Assembly (NCBI GenBank): GCA_964019335.1
Contig: OZ025729.1
Coordinates: 186,001 to 250,000 of the forward strand
Origin: Diplonema japonicum
Taxonomy: Eukaryota > Protista > Euglenozoa: Diplonemea
Direction of reading: 5' to 3'
DNA: 64,000 nt
Part shown: positions 51,133 to 62,100 of the stretch, piece after piece
Layout of the letters: every line of letters begins with the position of its first letter
Numbering within the stretch: the stretch's first letter is position 1
The notes under the pieces: model-generated
What the model saw: only the letters and a program-made list of their open reading frames with translations
What the model was told of the DNA's origin: nothing
Databases searched by the model: none
Translations under genes and position numbers: made by a program

Positions 51133-52437
51133 ATGGCTATCAAGTGCCGTGTCTACAACGCCTCTTCAGTGGAGCTCAACAATGAAGTAATGATTCAGTA
51201 CAAGACCGAGGGCGAGACAGGGATGTGCAGCTGCTCCACACCGACACTCAAGAAAGACACGTGGACAGAACTATGCCTCCCGGAGGAAAGCTTCGGGAGC
51301 AAGGTTATTCCAACATCTGCTCTGTTACAACTCCGCGCGGAAGGCATCACATGGGAGGACACCTACACACCCCACGAGACGGAAGAAGAGGACACCCAAA
51401 ACATCGTTTTCGAAAACGGAAAAGACTACCGCCTTGTAAACGACAGTGTGAACCCTCCGTTAACCGACGAGGAGTACTACGAAAGCCTGTCTGTGCTCCG
51501 AGACATTTTGGAGGGGTTCGGCCCGATAAAGCCCCCTCACAGGGACGACAAGAAGCAACAGCAGTCTCTTTGGAGACACATTGCCCGCAAAATAGGCCGC
51601 GACGTCAAGAAGCCCGGCTGTCTCAAATCTGTGGAAAACATGGTGACGGGCCGCACGGGGTACAAAGACAGCCGTGTTAAGTGGAGGAAGGTCATGTCTT
51701 CGCATCGTCATGCTCCTGTTCCCACAAAGTTCGAGACACCGGAAGAGAAAACCGAGATTGTTTCATCTGTCGACGAGGGGAAGGTGTTCATGGAAATCTA
51801 CCATCGGGCGATGGATCGATTCCCTGGAGGGAACTGTGATGTGATTGTTGTGAAGCACAGTATGGACTTTGCCTCAAAGCAGGGGTTCGTGTGTGCCTAC
51901 CGCAACTTCGACGGCACCCCTTGCATTCACCCGGCGCGTGCTCTCTCGAAAGGTGAGGTGGAAAAGCACCGCAGGAAGCTTCTCCCACGTCTCTCAGCGT
52001 TGCTTAGCCACAACAGTCCCGCTAGTTGGGTGTTTAACTCCACAGTGGACGATGCGCAGAAGGATGACAACGAGTATGACACAGAATGGAGCAGTATTGA
52101 CATCTTGTGCTACAGGGCTCAACCTCAGGACAAAGATTGCCAACCGTTTGCTCGTGTACACCAGTACGCGCTCTGCAAGAACTGGTATTCCTTTATGGGT
52201 AAGGGTGATTCGGACAGCGACACTGTCGTTCCGACTCCTCTTGCACAGGCGGTTTTGAACGAAGTCGAGAACACCCTCAGAATAGGTCGGCCCGAGAAGT
52301 TTTCGGAAGATGAAACGGACGTGAAGCTGTCGGAGAATGGGTGGGAGGTGTCCAACACTGGGTACGTCTTCCCGCTTATTCTGAACGATTCCTTGTACAA
52401 CCCTGCAGCGGCAGTGGGGGATAAGAAGCAACACTGA
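51133..52437 (+). CDS. Hypothetical protein, 434 aa, copy 1
   Basis: Long ORF with coding-like composition after a polypyrimidine tract; duplicated at 63229. No domain recognised. Confidence 0.8.
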   Translation: MAIKCRVYNASSVELNNEVMIQYKTEGETGMCSCSTPTLKKDTWTELCLPEESFGSKVIPTSALLQLRAEGITWEDTYTPHETEEEDTQNIVFENGKDYRLVNDSVNPPLTDEEYYESLSVLRDILEGFGPIKPPHRDDKKQQQSLWRHIARKIGRDVKKPGCLKSVENMVTGRTGYKDSRVKWRKVMSSHRHAPVPTKFETPEEKTEIVSSVDEGKVFMEIYHRAMDRFPGGNCDVIVVKHSMDFASKQGFVCAYRNFDGTPCIHPARALSKGEVEKHRRKLLPRLSALLSHNSPASWVFNSTVDDAQKDDNEYDTEWSSIDILCYRAQPQDKDCQPFARVHQYALCKNWYSFMGKGDSDSDTVVPTPLAQAVLNEVENTLRIGRPEKFSEDETDVKLSENGWEVSNTGYVFPLILNDSLYNPAAAVGDKKQH

Positions 52438-53236
52438 CAAAAATACTTTCTACTGAACTGTTTACCTTCCTCTTTAAGTTTCAGCCATGAGCTGAACTTC
52501 CTTCTTCCTTTGGCTTAATCTTTTTCAAAAGAAACTAGGGCCGAAGAAATCTTTTCCTCCCGAGTTCCAAACGTTTTTTTTTTTTTTGTTTTTTTTTTTT
52601 CTGCTTTCTCCCCTTTTTTCTTGCTCCTCACCTCGATCCGCTAAAAAAAGAGTCAGATTGCAATCGAGATGTTGTTTTTTTTTTTCCTTTTTTTTTTTTT
52701 TTTTTCCAATTCTTTTTTTTTTTCTTTCTCACGGGTGTGGTTGACGGTTAGGAGAGCAACTCCCTATTAAGTAGGTCATCCTTCGGCCCCGTTTACGCTT
52801 CATCCTGATATTACAAAATATCTTTTTTTTTTTTTTGCTTGAACAAGACAAACAATGTATTGATAATGAATTGTTACTTGCTAAAAAAGAAAGAGTAACA
52901 TTGTTGGGCTTATCCTTCTACAGGTTACAATCAACCGACTCTTTTTCAATATCACAGATACAAAAAGATACTTAGACGCTCCCACCAATGTGTTTAGCCC
53001 ATTTCTTGGCACGTTGGTGACGGCTGCGACGATGCAGTATTTACCCTGCTTTCTTTCTTGTCCCTATTTTATTCTCTCTACCTTCACTTTCAACAACATT
53101 TCAGTAGCCCATTTTCTTGTGTAGTTTTTGAAAGATCGAATTATTTTTTTTTACCGGAAAAAGAGAAAAAAAAAAAAAAAGAACCTGTTCTTTTACCTTC
53201 CTTTTTCTCTACGTTTCCCTTGACCTCTCTCACAAC

Positions 53237-53269
<33 letters not shown>

Positions 53270-53315
53270 AATATTTCAAACCCGTTCAGTTTCGGTGGGA
53301 GAAAAGTGATAAAAC

Positions 53316-54155
53316 ATGTTCTCGAAGCACGATAGTTTTCCCACCGATGTCCTTGGGAGGATAGTGGGGTACATGGACTTCTTGGACACTGTGAGGTGCA
53401 GCAGGGTGAGCACTGTGTGGAGGCAGTGCATGGGGGACATGATGGGTGACAAGGAGTCTGCCTTCATGAACAAGCACTTTAAAAACTGTGAATGGGAGTC
53501 GTTGAAGAGTACTACAAACTGGGGGCCCGTTGTTGACAGGGGTGACCCGACAAACACCAGTTTCAAGTCGACAGTAGTGGGGACAAGAGGTTGTGGATCA
53601 ACATTTCTGGTGGAGGCACTGGACACAGAGCAGCCGGTCAAGCAAAGGGAGTATCACCCGACAATAGGGATTGATTTCAAGGTAAAGACACTCATCAACC
53701 CTGAGGCAAAGCCTGAGATCCTCGGCAAGCTGCAGCTGTGGGACAGGCCGGCAGGCAAGGAGCGCTTCAGAGCACTCACTCGTAGTTGCTATCGTTTCAG
53801 CAACATCCACCTTCTTGTTTACAACACTTCCTCCGATAGCGGTTTTGAGGAATTTGTGTACGAGCTGAAGAACGACTCAATCTGTGCACCATGCATTTTG
53901 GTGGGCACGATGTGTGACCTCCCCCCCAACCCGCTGACAGCCAACCTCGCCTGCTGCCTTGCACATATTTTGCGCATCCCTCATGTCAGGACATCGGCAG
54001 TCACAGGGGAGGGCATACCCAAGTTGTTGGAGCTCGTGACCGGGCAGTGTGTAAGGGTTGCTTCCGAACGGCGACAGCGACTCGCTGTAGGTGGCACAAC
54101 TGAGGAACAGAAGCCTGAAGCACCTCAAAAGAAGAAGCTGTGCAGTGTTCAGTGA
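53316..54155 (+). CDS. F-box + Rab-like (pseudo)GTPase + CaaX protein, copy 1, 279 aa
   Basis: F-box FPTDVLGRIVGYMDFLDTVRCSRVSTVWR; G1 GTRGCGST (Lys absent); switch I PTIGIDFKVKT; G3 LQLWDRPAGKERFRALTRSCYR; G4 LVGTMCDL; G5 TSAVTGEGI; C-terminal KKKLCSVQ. Confidence 0.88.
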   Translation: MFSKHDSFPTDVLGRIVGYMDFLDTVRCSRVSTVWRQCMGDMMGDKESAFMNKHFKNCEWESLKSTTNWGPVVDRGDPTNTSFKSTVVGTRGCGSTFLVEALDTEQPVKQREYHPTIGIDFKVKTLINPEAKPEILGKLQLWDRPAGKERFRALTRSCYRFSNIHLLVYNTSSDSGFEEFVYELKNDSICAPCILVGTMCDLPPNPLTANLACCLAHILRIPHVRTSAVTGEGIPKLLELVTGQCVRVASERRQRLAVGGTTEEQKPEAPQKKKLCSVQ

Positions 54156-54842
54156 CACACTTTCAGTTTCATAAATAACGGACCACACCCGTATCTGCGA
54201 GAATGGCTTCGAGAATCTGCAGTGCGGGGACATCAAGCACTGTCCCTCTCAAACCCAAATAAAAAAAAAAAAAAAATCGAGACTGGCAGGAAGGACCGAT
54301 GTCAGCGGAATACTAAAATACAGAAGAATCTCCAACCCGACCACCACATGGCACCCCACAAGCAACAGTGAGCGTAGATCCATAGTACATAGGTGAGCCA
54401 TGTCAGACGGAAGACATTGTTGAAAGATAGGTGCGGTGCTTACTCGAACTCCAGGTTTTCGAAACACTCCCAAAATAAAAATAAAAAAGGAAGAAAGCTA
54501 TCAAGGTGTGCCCCGTAAAGGACGTTGCTGGCTTACTCCTAGGTGCCTATATTTCAAAACCTAGAGGAATGACCCATGGTGACACTCACACCGGCGGCGA
54601 GGTGAGATGGAAAACTGTGCACTCCCTACCCAGCCACTCACAAGTCACTCTTAGCTAGCACAAATCAAGCAAAGTAGTAGTAGTACAAAAGAGGCCAGTT
54701 CTCATGCGGAATTAGTCAACATGGTGGCAAGTGCGTTTTTGAAAGCATGTAAACGACATCTTTTTCTTACCCCTTGTTTTGACCTTGCACCACCCAACCA
54801 CGATTCTACCGTTGTTGCAGTTCAGTTTCCATAAGGAGAAAC

Positions 54843-55688
54843 ATGTTCTCGAAGCGTGAAAGGTTCCCGTTTCCCACCGATGTCCTTGGGAGGATAGTGG
54901 AGTACATGGACTTCTTGGACACTGTGAGGTGCAGCAGGGTGAGCACTGTGTGGAGGCAGTGCATGGGGGACATGATGGGTGACAAGGAGTCTGCCTTCAT
55001 GAACAAGCACTTCAAAGACTGTGAATGGGAGTCGTTGCAAAGTACTGCAAGCTGGGGGCCTGTTGTTGACAAGGGTGACCCGACAACCAACATTTTCCAG
55101 GTGACAGTGGTGGGGGCAATGTTATGTGGATCAACATTTGTGGTGGAGGCACTCGATACAGAGCAGCCGGTAAAGCAAAGGGAGGTTACAACATGGCCAA
55201 TGGGGTGTCAATGTACGGATAAGACTCTCATCAACCCGGAGGCAAAACCTGAGATCCTCGGCAAGCTGCGGCTGTGCGAGCCGTGTGGCAGGGAGCGCTT
55301 CAGAACAATCAATCATGATTACTCCCGTCTCAGCATCATGCACCTTCTTGTTTACAACACTTCCTCCGACAGCGGTTTTGAGGAATTTGTGTACGAGCTG
55401 AAGAACAGCTTAATCTGTGCACCATGCATTTTGGTGGGCACGATGTGTGACCTCCCCCCCAACCCGCTGACAGCCAACCTCGCCTGCTGCCTTGCACATA
55501 TTTTGCGCATCCCTCATGTCAGGACATCGGCAGTCACAGGGGAGGGCATACCCAAGTTGTTGGAGTTCGTGACCGGGCAGTGTGTAAGGGTTGCTTCCGA
55601 ACGGCGACGGCGACTCGCTGTAGGTGGCACAACTGAGGAACAGAAGCCTGAAGCACCTCAAAAGAAGAAGCTGTGCAGTGTTCAGTGA
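54843..55688 (+). CDS. F-box + Rab-like pseudo-GTPase + CaaX protein, copy 2, 281 aa
   Basis: Paralogue of 53316..54155 with strongly diverged G1 and switch regions (GAMLCGST, TTWPMGCQCTDKT, LCEPCGRERFRTINHDYSR). Confidence 0.85.
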   Translation: MFSKRERFPFPTDVLGRIVEYMDFLDTVRCSRVSTVWRQCMGDMMGDKESAFMNKHFKDCEWESLQSTASWGPVVDKGDPTTNIFQVTVVGAMLCGSTFVVEALDTEQPVKQREVTTWPMGCQCTDKTLINPEAKPEILGKLRLCEPCGRERFRTINHDYSRLSIMHLLVYNTSSDSGFEEFVYELKNSLICAPCILVGTMCDLPPNPLTANLACCLAHILRIPHVRTSAVTGEGIPKLLEFVTGQCVRVASERRRRLAVGGTTEEQKPEAPQKKKLCSVQ

Positions 55689-55878
55689 CACACGTTGTTG
55701 TTTAACTTGAATTTTCAAAAGAGTAGTGGTGAGGAGCATTAACATGTAGCTTCTGCCAAAGAAAAGATGCCCCTACCATGCCTGAGAGGTTTGAAGCTCA
55801 CTCCAATTCTGGCACATAAGAGTTTTAAGATTGATTTTGTTTAACTGTTTGTACAGTTCAGGTTCCATAAGGAGAAAC

Positions 55879-56715
55879 ATGTTCTCGAAGCGTGAAGAAT
55901 CCCCGTTTCCCACCGATGTCCTTGGGAGGATAGTGGAGTACATGGACTTCTTGGACACTGTGAGGTGCAGCAGGGTGAGCACTGTGTGGAGGCAGTGCAT
56001 GGGGGACATGATGGGTGACAAGGAGTCTGCCTTCATGAACAAGCACTTCAAAGACTATGAATGGGAGTCGTTGCGAAGTACTGCAAGTTGGGGGCCCGTT
56101 GATATCCCGACAAACACCATCTACAAGATGACAATGGTGGGGGCAACGGGTTGTGGATCAACATTTCTGGTGGAGGCACTGGTCACAGAGCAGCCGGTCA
56201 AGCAAAGGGAGTATCGATCGACTATGATGGTTGATTTCAAAGTAAAGACACTCATCAACACGGAGGCAAAGCCTGAGATCCTCGGCAAGCTGCGGCTGTG
56301 GGACAAACCGGCAGGCGTTGAGAACTTCAGAGCACTCGCTCGTTGTTACTACCGTTCCAGCGACATGAGACTTCTTGTGTACAACACTTCCTCCGACAGC
56401 GGTTTTGAAGATATTGTGTACGAGCTGAAGAACAAATTTATCTGCCCACCATGCATTTTGGTGGGCACGATGTGTGACCTCCCCCCCAACCCGCTGACAG
56501 CCAACCTCGCCTGCATTTTTGCACACGTTTTGCGCATCCCTCATGTCAGGACATCGGCAGTCACAGGGGAGGGCATACCCAAGTTGTTGGAGCTCGTGAC
56601 CGGGCAGTGTGTAAGGGTTTCTTCCGAACGGCGACGGCGACTCGCTGTAGGTGGCACAACTGAGGAACAGAAGCCTGAAGCACCTCAAAAGAAGAAGCTG
56701 TGCAGTGTTCAGTGA
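55879..56715 (+). CDS. F-box + Rab-like pseudo-GTPase + CaaX protein, copy 3, 278 aa
   Basis: True ATG at 55879 (MFSKREE); GATGCGST, RSTMMVDFKVKT, WDKPAGVENFRALARCYYR; ends CSVQ. Confidence 0.85.
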   Translation: MFSKREESPFPTDVLGRIVEYMDFLDTVRCSRVSTVWRQCMGDMMGDKESAFMNKHFKDYEWESLRSTASWGPVDIPTNTIYKMTMVGATGCGSTFLVEALVTEQPVKQREYRSTMMVDFKVKTLINTEAKPEILGKLRLWDKPAGVENFRALARCYYRSSDMRLLVYNTSSDSGFEDIVYELKNKFICPPCILVGTMCDLPPNPLTANLACIFAHVLRIPHVRTSAVTGEGIPKLLELVTGQCVRVSSERRRRLAVGGTTEEQKPEAPQKKKLCSVQ

Positions 56716-57131
56716 CACACTTTCAGTTTCATAAATAACGGACCACACCGTATCTGCGAGAATGGCTTCGAGAATCTGCAGTGCGGGGACATCAAGCACA
56801 GTCCCTCTCTAACCCAAATCGAGACTGGCAGGAAGGACCAATGTCAGCCCTCTGAGACTGGCGGGAATACTAAAATGAAGAAAAGTCTCTAACCTGCACA
56901 GATATGCACACACAAGGCACCCCCAGAACCTGTAGCTCACAGCAGGTGTGCTAGCGAAGAAGGGTCCCATGTGGCACGAGCAGGCCATCGTCCTGATGGA
57001 GACAGCCCTGGACAAGAAAAGGCAGCAACAGAAAAAGCAACAGATGAAGCCGCATCAGCAACAGGGGCAGGAGAAAAAACACCGCAGCGGCTCACCTTCG
57101 AGCTAATGCGGAGCCGGGTGTTGCGTGGGCA

Positions 57132-59135
57132 ATGGAGGGCATGTACTCACAAATTACGCGGCGGTTCAAGTACCCCTTTGGGGTGGGCGAGACCTTCAGT
57201 GTGACCCTGGGATCGCAAGCGGCGACAGACGGTGTCATGGAGTTCTGTACGATAACGGGCATGGGGTTGAATATCGAGGACCTGGCGACATACTCGTACG
57301 AACGCTGGCTTCCAAAGACCGTGGTACGGTACCTCAGTTTTGTGCGACGATACATAACAGGCAAATTCTACACAGAACGAGTCCAATTGCTGGAGAAAGG
57401 CCTCTCGCACCGTCTAAGCCCCTCGGAACTGCAGAAGGTTAAGAAACCCGCAGACAACACAATCTGGTTCAAGACGGTGTTCGACCACAAGGGTAAGCAG
57501 AAGATTCCATGGCACAAGATCTTCGGCGACCCAGCAGTCCGCACGGCATGCCCAAACCCGAAGATCTTGGACAGAGTTAGGGTTTGCAATCGACTTGGGA
57601 AGACTGTACGCTCCGCGGTGTGCAATGTCAGCCAGGTCAGCCTCGCTGGCGTAAGACCGAAAACGAGCGATGTTGACCCATGCCCTTGCGCCAAGTGGAA
57701 CTCCTCGCACCAGCACGAAGGACACACATGCGGTATCGCCTCGGAGCTGACAGACGACGAGCAACTGCTGAAGATCCTAAGCATGGGTATGAAGTTCCGC
57801 CTGTCAGTCGACGCGCTCACGAGCTCCGAAAACCTGGAACAAGACTTGGTCGGCTTCGTAAACCTTCACTTCAAGAAAGCCCTCGCGTCTGAAAGATTGA
57901 CGTTCCTACGGGCTCTACACACCAAAGCAGAGGCTACTCTGAACAAAGAGCTCCAGCAGCCCGTCTTTGATCCTAAGGTCCCCGAGCAGCTTAAATCAAA
58001 GCTAAAAGAGTTGCAGAAGGCTTTCGTGTTCTTGCCAGTCGACAAAAGCGTCCACGACATCGGCATGGTCTGCAAGGCACACTACCTACAACTGCTCCAC
58101 GCCCAGCTCGACGGCGAGTGTTTTGCAGAGGTACAAGACATGGATAGCACAAGGCATAGCATCACAGAAGAGACTGAATCGTTCGGTATCAAGATCAAGT
58201 CGACGAAGATGCCATACCTTTACGGGGCCATCAAGTTACACAAAGAACAAGTAGGCTTCCGGTGGATTTCTGGCGTGTCGTCCCGAGACCCCCCTGCGAC
58301 GGAGGAAGGCACCAACCCACAAGCACAATCAACGCAGTCCATAATGGAGCGACTGCTAGCTGCAGGTTCCGACGGTGAGCGCGACGACGCCTTCAAGGCC
58401 GCCGCCCCAACGAACGCAGCAAGACCGGTTGCAGCGATGACAGGAGCGCACAAAGAGCTCTCGAGCCTCCTAAAAGCTGTACAACGCACCCTGCACGAGA
58501 AGGACCTGGAGTTCCGAAGCAAGGAGGTGAATCCGGGCCTCAGCGGAGTACGCCGCTTCTGGATCGTGGAATCAGCTGAGCAGGTCGCGGCTGAGATCAA
58601 ACAGCGGTACACGTTTTTCAAGTCGAAGGTCCCCGCCACCTACGACTTTAAAACGATGTACTCCAACCTGGACCAGGGACTCCTTCGAAAGGGCCTGGGC
58701 AGAGCAATCCGCGAAGCCTTCGAGCACGCCGGGAAGGAGCTGGTGATAAACAAGAGCGGAAGTAGCTTCGCGGATGCAGAAGACGACGACAAAGTGTACT
58801 CCCTCTCGATGGTGGAGGAACTAGTCGAATTCGTCGTTAACAACGCGTACGTCGAGCAAGGCGGCCGTGCTCTGCGCCAGGTGCGGGGCATACCGATGGG
58901 CGGCAACGCGTCTCCGGATATAGCGAACCTATACTGCTATTCCGTCGAAGCCGACTACATCGACGGCTTGATCGAGAACAAGGACTGGGGCCGTCTCAAG
59001 GAGTTATGCTCAGCTGCCCGCTACATCGACGACTTTTTGGTTTGGGACACGACCCCCCCACCCGAAGAGCTGTACGGGATGTCCTACGCCAAGACGTCGG
59101 ACAACGAGGCCTCGAGTGTGGTTGGGCCGTGGTGA
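57132..59135 (+). CDS. Penelope-like reverse transcriptase, truncated shortly after the YIDD motif, 667 aa
   Basis: Motifs CPC...EGH...LSMGMKFR, FLPVDKS, MPYLYGAIKLHK, FRWIS, TYDFKTMYSNL, QVRGIPMGGNASPDIANLY and ARYIDDFLVW. The ORF stops about 30 aa later, with no thumb or endonuclease seen. Confidence 0.85.
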   Translation: MEGMYSQITRRFKYPFGVGETFSVTLGSQAATDGVMEFCTITGMGLNIEDLATYSYERWLPKTVVRYLSFVRRYITGKFYTERVQLLEKGLSHRLSPSELQKVKKPADNTIWFKTVFDHKGKQKIPWHKIFGDPAVRTACPNPKILDRVRVCNRLGKTVRSAVCNVSQVSLAGVRPKTSDVDPCPCAKWNSSHQHEGHTCGIASELTDDEQLLKILSMGMKFRLSVDALTSSENLEQDLVGFVNLHFKKALASERLTFLRALHTKAEATLNKELQQPVFDPKVPEQLKSKLKELQKAFVFLPVDKSVHDIGMVCKAHYLQLLHAQLDGECFAEVQDMDSTRHSITEETESFGIKIKSTKMPYLYGAIKLHKEQVGFRWISGVSSRDPPATEEGTNPQAQSTQSIMERLLAAGSDGERDDAFKAAAPTNAARPVAAMTGAHKELSSLLKAVQRTLHEKDLEFRSKEVNPGLSGVRRFWIVESAEQVAAEIKQRYTFFKSKVPATYDFKTMYSNLDQGLLRKGLGRAIREAFEHAGKELVINKSGSSFADAEDDDKVYSLSMVEELVEFVVNNAYVEQGGRALRQVRGIPMGGNASPDIANLYCYSVEADYIDGLIENKDWGRLKELCSAARYIDDFLVWDTTPPPEELYGMSYAKTSDNEASSVVGPW

Positions 59136-62100
59136 ACTGGATCGCAGACTACGCAGAGCTGGCACGCATGCCGTTCGCAGAGATGCAGACAATCCAACAC
59201 CACCTCTGTACCTCGGAGCTCGCCCTGCACACCGAGGGGCATGCGAAGGAGTACCAGCCGAACAAGAAAGGCGACTTCTGCCAAAAGATCCTTGGCGAAG
59301 AGGCCTCGCTGCAGAGCGTGGTCAAGAGCGGACGGTACCCAGTTCTGGTAATCGGCCCGCCGAAAGGCTCCAGGACGGGCCACTGGACTACAGCCATCAA
59401 AACCGGCAGGTCGTGGTACACCGTGATGGACACAGACAAGGGAGAACACCGTGTCAATGGACTGAGGCAGGTCCTACGTATGTATGACGAACAGAACATC
59501 CTGGGTATCACCGAAGAAAGCTGGGCCAGAGCAAGGACCATAAGGGAGCAGAACGGCGGCAGACCAAAAGCGTTCGACGTCGACGCTTGCATCAAGGGAG
59601 CGCAGGACGAGGTAATGCCACCGGTTTCAGGCCCCTGTTTGAGCCAGACCCCTGCAGCTAGCCTCACCCCCAATGATGACCCGGTCCCTTCACCTGGTCC
59701 GGACTCAGACGCTAATCCGTTCCACAGCATTGACCCGACCCCCGTTGCAGACCCGGTCCATACATCTGGCCCGGTCTCCGTCATGGACCCGGCCCCAACG
59801 GCTAATCCGGTCGCGGACTCGGTCCCCGCGACTAAACCGGTCGCGAACACGGCCCCCGTCACGAACCCGGTCCCCGCGACTAGCCCAATCGCTGACCGGT
59901 CCTCATCACAGACCCAGTTACCGCAGCTAGCCCGATCACGGACCCGGCCCTCGTCACGGACCCGACCCGAGCTAACCCAGTCACAGACACGGCCCCCGTC
60001 GCAGACCCGGTCCCCACAACCAGCCCAGTCGCTGACCCGGTCCCCGTCACGGACCCGGTCCCCGCATCTGGCCCGGTCGCAGACACGACCTACATCACAG
60101 ACGCGATCCCCGAAACCAGCTTAGTCGTTGACCCGGTCCCTGCAGACTCGGTCCCCACATCTGGCCCGGTCGCAGACACGACCCACATCACAGACGCGAT
60201 CCCCGAAACCAGTTTGGTCGTTGACCCGGTCCCTGCAAGTAACCCAGTCGCTGACCCGGTCCGCACCACAGACCCGGTCTCCACGGCTAACCCGGTCGCA
60301 GACACGGCCCCTGCCACAGATCCAGTCCCCGCAACCAGCCCAGTCGCTGACCCGGTCCCCGTCACAGACCCGGTCCCCGCAGCTAACCCGGTCCCTGTCA
60401 CGGACCCGGCCCCCACAACCAACCCGGTTGGAGACACGGCCCCCATCACAGACCCGGTCCCCGCAGCCAGCCCAGTCGCTGACCCGGTCCCCGTCACGGA
60501 TCCGGTCCCCGCATCTGGCCCGGTCTCGATAGTCCATGACGACCCAGTGCCCACAACTGGCCCAGTCTACGCCACGGACCTAGTCAGTTCGCCTGGCCCG
60601 ATCTCTGTCACGGACGCAGTCCCCACCACAGGCCCGGTCCACGCTTCTAGTCCGATTCCCTCCGCAGACCCGGTTCCTACATCAGGCGCAGCCTCCACCA
60701 GAGACCCGGTCCCCGCGTCTGACCCGGTCCTCGCCTCGGACCCGTTACCCGAAGCTGATGCCCTCCCCGTTACAGACCCAGTCCCCGTGCAGATGGACCT
60801 GTCTGAACCTCTGGGGCAGCATGGATCGACGACATGGGTGCAACCCGAGCCCTCAACGGAGGCGGTCGCCCCACCACCCCTCTTGACGACAGCGGAGCCC
60901 TGGGTGCCGTTAGCTCTGACGACGATGTCGCAACGACAGATGCAAAGCAGTAGCAGGACTGCGTTAGGACGGGGCACTTCTACTTCTCCTCCTTCTTTTT
61001 CTGCTTCTTCTTCTTTTACGCGGACAACGACGACTGTCCATCAGAGTCTGCTGTGGACCGATGTCCCGGGGCACCAACGAGGTCGTGGGGGCATCACGAG
61101 AGGTCGCACGTCAAGCCCCGGATCACAACCGGGACGCGCACACAGCGCAACGACCGCGTGTTTCCCTCGCACCCCAGAACGATTCTCACCCCTGGCCGGT
61201 CTGTCGGCTACAGACGACCTGTACATGCCGGAGCTGACACAGCACAGCAGAGACATGTACATGCTGGAGCCACCCGCGGATTTGACTGCTGCGACGGAAC
61301 CTCCTCCTCCCCCACAGGGGGACATGTACATGCTGGAGCCACCACCCACAGAGTCGACGCAAACAGACGACGACCCCCATCCTCAATCAGCGAGACCTGC
61401 CCCACGGGGGACCGATGAGGCACAGAGAAATTTGAAGGTGGTCATAGACCTGACCGGCGACGACGACGTGGCCTCTGCCCCAATCTCGACCCCGACATCG
61501 ATAAAAACAGAGCCTACACCACAGGAGGCACAAGGAAATGAAAGGGTGGTCATAGACCTGACTGGCGACGACGGCGACAAAGTCTCTGCCCCGACCTCGA
61601 CCCCGCCATCGGAAACGGCGGAACCTGCGCCACGGACGGAGGAGCTGGAACTGGCATGCCTCACTACCCACGACGGCGACGAAGCCCTGGCCCCACACTC
61701 AGCCCCAGCCCCGGCCCCGCCCCTCGCAAGCCACCACAAGAAGAAGCGAAAGGGAGGCGCATGCCCGGACGTGTACCTTGGCCACGACACCAAGCTGGTA
61801 AGGACCAGCACAGATCGTGCACCAGAGCCACCTCTGCTCGTCAAATGGCGGTCCAAGAGCGCGAAGCGCGGGCAGTTGTGCGACGGACAAGCGGAGCCCG
61901 CAAAGAAGAAAGACCGCTTGGACCTCCTCAGGGCGAACCGACGGTCGGGCAAGGCCGCCGTTCACGCCCTGGCTGAAGAACATCAAGCGGGTCTGGAAGA
62001 TAAGCTCTCCCACACGAAACTGGCGACGGCCGGGATCGTCGAAGCGGAAGGGGAGTGGACGCCAGAAGCCATGATACGGGTCTGCAAACACGTGCTCGGC

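Noticed and set aside
52731-52795. GC-rich, possibly folded island as a tRNA or snoRNA
   Set aside because: No cloverleaf, T-loop consensus or convincing C/D or H/ACA boxes.
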